Source: Candidatus Eiseniibacteriota bacterium
Lineage (GTDB): Bacteria > Eisenbacteria > RBG-16-71-46
DNA: 64,000 bases
Direction of reading: 5' to 3'
Assembly: GCA_038231135.1 (NCBI GenBank)
Contig: JBBRLX010000022.1
Coordinates: 1 to 64,000, forward strand
Shown here: in pieces, positions 1 through 7,138 of the stretch
Layout of the letters: every line of letters begins with the position of its first letter
Numbering within the stretch: position 1 is the first letter of the stretch
Notes under the pieces: model-generated
The model's database searches: none
What the model was told of the DNA's origin: nothing
What the model saw: only the letters and a program-made list of their open reading frames with translations
Made by a program: the position numbers and the translations under genes

Positions 1-141
1 CCACCACAGCGTCATCCTCGAACTGAATCTCGCCAGCTACCGCTTGGAGGCGTCGAAGAAGGGCAAGGAGAACAAGAACTGACGCTCAAACGACGGTAGA
101 AATAGTTGTCGTCGTCCGGGAAAAATAGTTGTCGCCCATCA
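1..141 (+). mobile_element. Right end of an IS21-family insertion sequence
   Basis: Two copies of AAATAGTTGTCG (100-111, 123-134) followed by a terminal CA at 140-141; multiple subterminal repeats and TG..CA ends are typical of IS21. Confidence 0.75.
2..82 (+). CDS. istB: C-terminus of IS21-family helper ATPase IstB (partial, starts before window)
   Basis: Manual translation HHSVILELNLASYRLEASKKGKENKN* matches the IstB C-terminal 'HH..i.l...SYR' motif; directly followed by an IS21-type end. Confidence 0.8.
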   Translation, partial: HHSVILELNLASYRLEASKKGKENKN

Positions 142-1338
142 GGCGTGGCGGATCTCCTGCATCAGCGCATAGGCCGCGGCGGTCATTAGCACGCGCAACT
201 GGTTGGCGAGGAACCGCGTGCAACTCGTGCGGTCGAACGAGAGGCCGTGGTGCAACTCCTTGATGCGGTTCTCGATCTCGCCACGCTGGCAGTAGACGTC
301 CTCGTAGAGCCGCTGCGGCGCACGCTTGAGGTTCGTGACCACGAACCGCGGGTTGTCACGCATCTCGCGGCCCTTGTGGCGAACGACCTCGGCCTTGATA
401 ACCACGCGTCGCTCCCGGTCCCACGTGCCGGCCCGGTAGCGGCACTCGTCGTAGACGTGCTCGGTCGCGCCGGTCAACTCGCTCCGCATCCGCATCGGCG
501 CGAGCAGGGGCTCGGCCATGTGGTGCAGCACCTTGTTCGACGGCAGGCCGACGACGTAGCCAACCTGCACCTCGTCGAGGAATTCGAGCAGCCCGGGCCC
601 GGCGAAGCCACCGTCCAACCGCACCAGCAGCCGCGTTCGCGGGAAGCGTTCCTGCAGCGCCCCCACGATCCGCTTCAGCATCGCCAGCGCCCCGCATGAC
701 GTCGGCGCGTTGCCCGGCCGCAGCATCGCCGCCACCAGGTGCTGTTCGGGTTCGTCGTTGAACGTCAGGTACGCCAGCAACGGCAGGTAGCAGGCGTGGC
801 CGTAGTGGCCATGGAAGAACGCCAGCTCCTGTTGCCCGTGCGTCGGGTCGTCGGTCACGTCGAGGTCGATCGTGATCGTCCGCACCTGGCGGCGCAGGCG
901 CCGAGCGTGTCGGTTCACCACCGCATCGAACAGCACCTGGCTCATTCGCAGCAGCTCGCCGCGCGTCACGCCGTTCTCGAATCGCGACAGCGTCGGCTGC
1001 GACGCCAGCACATCGCCGGTGACCGCGTCGCGCCCGAGCAGCAGCTTGTGGATTGGATCATTTGCCAACCGCGCTGCGTCGTTGGCGTCCTCGTAGCCGC
1101 AGGCCAGGCCGTAGATGCGCTGCGCCAGCAACTCATCGAGCCCGTGCCGTATCTTCGCCGGGTCGCGCGCATCGCGCAGGCAATCGGCGAGTGCGGCCAT
1201 CAACCCGAGTCGGCGATCCGCGGCGTTCAGCAGGATCGCGCCGCCGTCCGAGCTGGCGTGCGGGCGATCAAAGCGGGCGAGCAACGTCTTGCCGAACAAC
1301 TCGGGGAACAGAACAGACTGTGTGGTATCGTCCGTCAC
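139..1338 (-). pseudogene. IS1380-family transposase, 3'-truncated by the IS21 insertion
   Basis: Motifs SSDGG, LASQPTLSRFEN, IDLDVTDDPTHGQQE, RGEIENRIKE; GTG at 1338 with GGAGG RBS; the stop codon is supplied by the IS21 terminus and the usual C-terminal part appears absent. Confidence 0.85.
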
Positions 1339-1433
1339 GAGAAGACCTCCGTCCTTGGAAGAAGAGCGCCTAGACAACGCCTTTCTACCATGCGGAGGTC
1401 TTCTCGTTGGCTACGCTTCGTGAATAATCCGGG
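142..1433 (-). mobile_element. IS1380-family element (portion upstream of the IS21 insertion)
   Basis: Terminal sequence GTGAATAATCCGGG (1420-1433) abutting CTAG (1434-1437), the likely target site. Confidence 0.7.
1338..1406. promoter_or_regulatory. Inverted repeat able to sequester the transposase RBS
   Basis: CGAGAAGACCTCCG (1338-1351) is the reverse complement of CGGAGGTCTTCTCG (1393-1406); one arm contains the GGAGG RBS. Confidence 0.6.
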
Positions 1434-1435
1434 CT

Positions 1436-1777
1436 AGTGTCGAGGAAATTGAACAACAACTAGCAACAATCATCGAGAACTTCAGAGGCGACATCACGGA
1501 CAAGGTTGCCGAACATCTTCTAGTTCTGGATCGTGGCATTGGCCTCACTCGAGCTAATCAGCAGGCGCGAGAGATTGTCGACGGTAGATGGTCATCGTAC
1601 TCAGGTCGTCTGACGCTTGCTCCGGGGAAAGAGGTGTTGCGACGTATATCGGAGTGGTCGCAGAGTGAGTTCGGCGTGGGCGTGAGCGTTAGCAGGCTCG
1701 CCGCACTAATCACTCGTTCGGAAATCCACGAAGAGGTGCAGGCGTTCCTTAGCGTCATTGAACTATCGACCGGATAG
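1436..1777 (+). pseudogene. 3' fragment of a lower-GC gene interrupted by IS1380; possibly the C-terminus of an AAA/OLD-type ATP-dependent nuclease
   Basis: 113 open codons with no start, beginning at the IS junction: SVEEIEQQL...APGKEVLRRISEWSQSEFGVGVS...EIHEEVQAFLSVIELSTG*; codon usage atypical for this genome; family call is from memory only. Confidence 0.45.
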
Positions 1778-1902
1778 CACCGCGCCCGATGAGCGCCGTT
1801 GGCTTTAATAGGCAAGATTCAAGGTCGCTGGCGTTTGCCGGAGCGGCCACCAGATCGGCTGACCGATGAGGAAGCGGCGACGATCGCCGTGTTGGAAGCG
1901 GG

Positions 1903-2046
1903 TGTCAGTGGCTGGAGCGAGGCGCAAGTCTCGCCGCGCTGCAGCAAGTTCTCGGACACGCGAGCATCGTGACCACGCAGCGATACGCGTGGCCGGGGGA
2001 TGAGGTGGTGATGCGGGGGGCGGCGAGGATCGGAGGCGCGTCATGA
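1903..2046 (+). pseudogene. Tyrosine recombinase/integrase C-terminal remnant
   Basis: Manual translation CQWLERGASLAALQQVLGHASIVTTQRYA..., containing the LGH...TT..Y catalytic box; upstream part missing. Confidence 0.75.
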
Positions 2047-2477
2047 TGCGTACGAAAAGAGTATGCGTGATCGCGCTACTTGCGGTTTGCGCGCTGAGCG
2101 TTGCAGCCATCGTGACAAGCTACTTCAACACTGGGCATGAAGTGATCATGTCGAACGTCGACCACATCCCAATCGAGGGGGGGAATATTCAGTTCTCGGG
2201 TGAGCCTGCTGTGCCGTTCGCCAGGATTTTGCCAGGCGAGGCTCGAAAGGTGCGGATCCTCTCTCGTGGAATCGCAGTTTACGACGGTGGATACAATGTC
2301 GTTGTGCGTTGGCAAACGACGCGTTCGGATACCATCTCATTCCTGGCGCGTGGGCCGTCGGATCGGATCGAAGTGACACGAAATCGGATGATCCGCCGGG
2401 GGACGCCGCCAGACTCAGGATTCAGAAGACACACGCAGAAGCAGTGCCCCTCTCTCACCGCCCCAGATGCCCCGTGA
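2043..2477 (+). CDS. Hypothetical exported or membrane-anchored protein (orphan)
   Basis: GGAGG RBS, N-terminal hydrophobic stretch, lower GC; ATGA overlap with the integrase remnant stop. Confidence 0.55.
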   Translation: MMRTKRVCVIALLAVCALSVAAIVTSYFNTGHEVIMSNVDHIPIEGGNIQFSGEPAVPFARILPGEARKVRILSRGIAVYDGGYNVVVRWQTTRSDTISFLARGPSDRIEVTRNRMIRRGTPPDSGFRRHTQKQCPSLTAPDAP

Positions 2478-3874
2478 AATCCACCACGTGCGACGCCTCG
2501 ACCGAGATCCTGGCACTCTGGGAGCGGTGGCCGAGCGGCCATGCGACGTTCAGTCGCAGCGTGCTCGTGGGATCGGGGACGCCGGGCTGGTAGATCAGCG
2601 ACGCGCCCGTCTCGCTCAGCCACACCCGGTCGCGCGGCCAGTCGACGCCCGGCTGCGTAGGCCCGCCGAACGGGTCCTTGCCCCACACCGCACCCGTGCC
2701 CGCGAACAGGCCGAGCTGGAGCGGGAGGAAATGGGGGTACGGAACGTGCAGCTCCGCGAGCACGTCGTGGGAGCCGATGACCTCGATGCGGCCCGCCGCG
2801 ATCCCGGTGCCGCCGTAGGTGTCGTCGGACAGGCTCCGCAACGAGGCGCCGCCGAGATAGAACGCGGCCTGCGGCACGAATTCGCCGGACACGTGCCCGT
2901 AAGCCATCTGGGTCACGAGCGTGGCGGCGCGGCCCAGGCCCACGGTGCTGCTGCCCGTGAGCAGCGTGCGGCGGTATTCGAAGTCACTTCCGATCGCGGC
3001 CCCCGAAGTGGTGTGCATCACCTCGAGCCGGATCGGCGCCCGCGGCACGTCGAACCCGGCGCCCAGCTCCACTTCACGGGCGCGTCCATAGAGCGCCGGC
3101 AGGTTGGCGAAGTTCTTGAGCGGCTTGCGCGCGAGGTTCCAGCTCGCGCTGGTTGCGATCGGCGATTCGACCTCGTCGCGAACGCCGGCGAGGAGATCGA
3201 CCTGGCGCAGCGTGCCCCGCAGCCGCGCGCGCGCCCGAGCGGCGCAGGTACTGGTGCCCATCGTGGCCCGACAGGAACGCGGCCAGCGTCGTGAGATGGC
3301 CGACGCGTTCCTCGCGGGCCATGGGCCAGGTGCGTTCCCCGCCCGATACTTCGAGCTGCCAGCGGGGCTCGATGGGTCCGGAGCGGGTCGAATAGCGGGC
3401 CTCCCACAGGAAGTCGTTCGGTCCCGAGGCGTAGCCGGCCTGCCCGCCCGCGTGACCGAGACGCTGCGGCAAGTCGATGCCGCTGACGAGCCAGTACGTC
3501 GGGCCATCCACGCGCTCGAAAGAGAAATCCGGCAGGATCAACAGCCGCGTCACGTGTCGCGGCGGTGCGACCGGATGTTGCAGGCGCCACGCGAGTACGC
3601 TGTCGTCGCCGGCCGTGTCGGACTTCGCCGTGCTCATCCCGAAGTAGTCGCTCGTGGAGTCCGACAACTGCTGGAGGAACGGATCGAGCGAGCTGTCGGC
3701 GGCCGCGGCGGCCGGTCGAAAATCGTCGTGGCGAGGCGCGAATGTCGTGCTCGACCCCGCCCACGACGGGAACGCGGCGAATGCAGCGAGCGCAAGCACG
3801 ATCGCCGCCCCGCACCTGGCGCGGGCGCATCGCGCCGGCGCTTCCGGCCACAGGGATTGCGGGCGCGGCGTCAC
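2455..3874 (-). pseudogene. Outer-membrane beta-barrel protein (DUF5686/Omp85-like), frameshifted at about 3224-3234
   Basis: N-half (signal peptide, FSFERVDG, DGHQYLRR) lies in the frame of ORF 3074..4144 and C-half (SDFEYRR, QAAFYLGGASLRS) in ORF 2455..3507; GTG at 3874 overlaps the upstream stop. Confidence 0.7.
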
Positions 3875-4767
3875 GGCGTGTGTTCCGGCCGGAAGAACGC
3901 GTCCGCCAGCCCGGTGTTGAGCGCGTAATCGTCGAATTGCAACGCGAGGTCGAACTGCCGTCCGACCTTGGGAAGCGGCAGCGTCGTTTCCATGCGCATG
4001 AGTACGCGGGACAGCACCCAGGTGTCGCCGGAGCGGCGCCGCTCGACCACCATGCGCTTCACAGCCTGGAGGAACAGCGGCACCGGCGGCCGCTCGAACG
4101 AAAGTTCCTGGCGGACGATCACGAAGTCGTTCGTGTCCACCCACACGAGCCCGGCGGGTTCCCCCGGCATGAGCAGCGTGCGGGGCTCGAACGCGATGCG
4201 ATAGATCAGATGCCCGCCGGCGATGTCGCGGCCGACGATGTGGTACCGGAAGTCCCGCCGCGCGGACGGCTTGAACGCGAAGTTCACGATCTCCTCGTCC
4301 ATGCCGCCGCCGAACGTCACGTTCACGTTCGACTTCTGTTTCTTCTCGCGGTCGTACTCACGCAGCGTCACCGTGCGCACCCGGTTCGGCTTCTTCTTGT
4401 ACACGCGCACGACGCGTTCCGTGTAGAGCGCTGCCCGCGGCGTGCCGGCGCCCGTCACCAGCCGGAACGTCGCCGTGAACTGTTCGTCGGTGATCGCGGC
4501 CTCGCGGCGCGCTTCGCCCTCGGCCACGCGCGCGAGGATCTCGTCGAGCGTCACGCGCGGCGCGCGCACCAGGACCTCGGACACCTGCGTGTGCATCGTG
4601 TCCTCGCGGGCCAGGGTGGGGCCCGGGGTGGCCGGTCTGGCGGCGGACGTCGCCGACAGCGCGGGCGTGGCGGGCGCGCTCGGGTCGTATGGGGCCGCCA
4701 GTCCGCGGGCAGGATCTACCAGGAGACTGGCAGAAATGACGACGAGCCATGCAACGGTCGGGCTCAT
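3871..4767 (-). CDS. Exported protein with beta-rich LolA/DUF5686 N-terminal-like fold
   Basis: Signal peptide, Ala/Pro linker, YRIAFEPR, GLVWVDTNDFVIVR, FDDYALNTGLADAFF; start codon uncertain. Confidence 0.65.
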   Translation of the reverse strand: MSPTVAWLVVISASLLVDPARGLAAPYDPSAPATPALSATSAARPATPGPTLAREDTMHTQVSEVLVRAPRVTLDEILARVAEGEARREAAITDEQFTATFRLVTGAGTPRAALYTERVVRVYKKKPNRVRTVTLREYDREKKQKSNVNVTFGGGMDEEIVNFAFKPSARRDFRYHIVGRDIAGGHLIYRIAFEPRTLLMPGEPAGLVWVDTNDFVIVRQELSFERPPVPLFLQAVKRMVVERRRSGDTWVLSRVLMRMETTLPLPKVGRQFDLALQFDDYALNTGLADAFFRPEHTP

Positions 4768-5182
4768 CGGCCGGGGGCGATGGCGGGTGTCGCGGATGTC
4801 GCTCGACTGGGACGGCTCGATCATCGAACCTCGATTCGGGCGCGGCACGCTAGCATCCGGTGCGGCGCCCTCGCAACACGTGACGTCGAGAATCGTCAAG
4901 ACAGTGGCGCGCGGACGGCGCCCGGTCGCATCTTACAGCCGTAGCCAGTGAAGTTCCCCAGCCCCGCCGCCGCGTTCGTCATCATTCACGACCTTTGTAC
5001 GATCTCCGGCACGAGCCGTGCCATGGTCGGACCCGGTAGACATGTGTTCCGGCGGCCGATTTCGGTTCTATAATTCCAACTCTGGAACGCCGCCGGTCAT
5101 CCAATTCAGGCACTTCATCGTCGCCGGCGTCCAGCGGTGGCGGCAGACGTCCCAAGCACAAGCCAAGCCCAGGAGGAGAGTC

Positions 5183-6028
5183 ATGAAGTTGCGTTCCATC
5201 GCATGGGTCGTCGCGGGTACGCTCGCGTTGCACGCGCCGGCGCGGCCGGCCGACGCGAGTCAGCTCGCCCTGCAGGAGATCACGCTCGAACCGACCGCGC
5301 TGACCGCCATCACCGCAACGCCCGCCGCCGACGTGACTCCGATCGTCACCGGCTTCACGATGGCCGGCGAGAGTCACGGCTCGACGCTCGAATCCGTACA
5401 CTGGTATCCGCGGCGCTGGCGTGATCGCGGCGAGCGCAATTACGGTAGTTCGTCGTCGGGGCCGTCGGGGTCGAGTCAGATCCACGCCGGGTTCTTCGAT
5501 CCCGACGGCGAGACCACGAATTCGTTCCTCGCCGGCGCCCGCGGCGGCTTCGGCGCCGACGAACATCTGCAGTTCGGCCTCGGCCTCGACTGGGTGCACA
5601 AGTCCGAGCGCAACACGGCGCTCATCTCGACCGTCGACCTGCCGGGCGGCGGCACGTCGGAGCGACGCCTCGAGCTGGCGCGGTCGTCTTCGAACCTGTT
5701 CCCGATCATGGGCTACGCGCAGTTCACCCCCGGCAACCGTTCGCAGCTGACACCGTACTTCGGCGTCGGTGGCGGCTACGAAGCGCTGTTCCTGTCGGCG
5801 GAGAACTTCCAGACCGGCGACAAGTTCGACGCCACGTACGGCGGCTGGGGCTGGCAGGCGTGGGCGGGGCTCTCGGTGCCGATCGGCGGCACGACGCGGC
5901 TGTCGACCGAAGTGTTCCGCAACCAGTCGTCGGTCGACCGGAACGTGTCCGACAACTCCGGCAACTATCGCGAGGTGGTGACGCTCGACGGGCTGGGAAT
6001 GCGGTTTGGCTTCAATTGGGGTTTCTAA
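5183..6028 (+). CDS. Outer-membrane beta-barrel protein (OmpA/OmpW-like)
   Basis: AGGAGG RBS, signal peptide, PYFGVGGG strand, C-terminal FNWGF beta-signal. Confidence 0.8.
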   Translation: MKLRSIAWVVAGTLALHAPARPADASQLALQEITLEPTALTAITATPAADVTPIVTGFTMAGESHGSTLESVHWYPRRWRDRGERNYGSSSSGPSGSSQIHAGFFDPDGETTNSFLAGARGGFGADEHLQFGLGLDWVHKSERNTALISTVDLPGGGTSERRLELARSSSNLFPIMGYAQFTPGNRSQLTPYFGVGGGYEALFLSAENFQTGDKFDATYGGWGWQAWAGLSVPIGGTTRLSTEVFRNQSSVDRNVSDNSGNYREVVTLDGLGMRFGFNWGF

Positions 6029-6049
6029 AGCCTTAGGGACTCCAATCAC

Positions 6050-6105
6050 CTGAAAAACCCCGACGGCCGCGGCGATTCCCGCCGCATGCAGTCGGGGTTT
6101 TTCAG
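6050..6105. terminator. Long inverted repeat, probably a bidirectional intrinsic terminator (or MITE-like remnant)
   Basis: CTGAAAAACCCCGAC ... GTCGGGGTTTTTCAG 15-bp perfect stem with an internal GCGGCG/CGCCGC hairpin. Confidence 0.6.
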
Positions 6106-6151
6106 CAGATGGTCTTGGTGCTGGAGGACACGTCGGATAGTCTGACCGGCG

Positions 6152-7138
6152 ATGGCTCGAAAGTCTCCACGTTCACGACGCAAGACGGCGTCGACATCGC
6201 GTGTCCCTGCCGCGGTGCGGTCACCGGCGTCGCCGCGCAAGCGCCCCCGCAAACGTACGGCCGCCGCGTCGACGAACGGCGCGCATTCGGCGAGTTCGCG
6301 CACCCGCCCCGGTCGCACCAAGACCACGCGCACCCCGCCCGGTCGCGCCAAGACCACGCGCGCCCGGGCGCCGAAGGTGGCCGCCGTGCGCCGGCGCCGG
6401 GTCCCGCCGCGGCTCGCGGCAGCCGGCGCCGCGGTGGTCGCCGCGGTGCGGCGTGTGGTGGCGAAGCCGCCGGCGCCGCGTCGCAAACGCGTGAAGGCGC
6501 CCGATCCGGCGCGGGTGAAGGCGCTGATCGAGATCCTCGAGCGCACCTATCCCGACGCCAGGTGCGCACTCGATTTCGCCACGCCGCTCCAGCTCCTGAT
6601 CGCGACGATCCTGTCTGCGCAGTGCACGGACGTGCGGGTCAACAAGGTGACGCCCGGCCTGTTCGAGAAGTATCCGGACGCGGCGGCGCTGGCCGCGGCG
6701 CCGCAGGAGGATCTCGAAGCGGTGATCCGCTCGACGGGGTTCTTCCGCAACAAGGCGCGCGCGATCCGCGAGTGCTGCGCGGACATCGTGGCGCTCCACG
6801 GCGGCGAAGTGCCGCGCACCCTGGAGGCGCTGACCGAGTTGCGCGGAGTGGGCCGCAAGACCGCCAACGTCGTGCTCGGGAACGCGTTCGGCATCCCCGG
6901 CATCGTCGTGGACACGCATGTGTCGCGGCTGTCGTACCGCCTGGGGCTCTCGGGCCAGACCGATCCCGTGAAGATCGAGTTCGCGCTGATGGAGATCGTG
7001 CCGCGCGAACGCTGGGTGCGGTTCTCGCACTGGCTGATCCTCCACGGCCGCGCGATCTGCATCGCGCGCAAGCCGCGCTGCTCGGTGTGTCCGCTGCTGC
7101 CGCATTGCCCGCGCCTCGGCGTCACGAAGTCGGAATGA
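6152..7138 (+). CDS. nth: Endonuclease III with long basic N-terminal extension
   Basis: LIATILSAQCTD, HhH motif LRGVGRKTANVV, VDTHV, 4Fe-4S motif C-x6-C-x2-C-x5-C. Confidence 0.95.
   Translation: MARKSPRSRRKTASTSRVPAAVRSPASPRKRPRKRTAAASTNGAHSASSRTRPGRTKTTRTPPGRAKTTRARAPKVAAVRRRRVPPRLAAAGAAVVAAVRRVVAKPPAPRRKRVKAPDPARVKALIEILERTYPDARCALDFATPLQLLIATILSAQCTDVRVNKVTPGLFEKYPDAAALAAAPQEDLEAVIRSTGFFRNKARAIRECCADIVALHGGEVPRTLEALTELRGVGRKTANVVLGNAFGIPGIVVDTHVSRLSYRLGLSGQTDPVKIEFALMEIVPRERWVRFSHWLILHGRAICIARKPRCSVCPLLPHCPRLGVTKSE
6301..6360 (+). repeat. Two near-identical 30-bp tandem repeats in the nth N-terminal extension
   Basis: CACCCGCCCCGGTCGCACCAAGACCACGCG / CACCCCGCCCGGTCGCGCCAAGACCACGCG. Confidence 0.8.

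Noticed and set aside
6109..7134. 5' extension of the 1215-aa ORF upstream of sppA
   Set aside because: It overlaps nth in another frame; the real start is the ATGA overlap at 7135.
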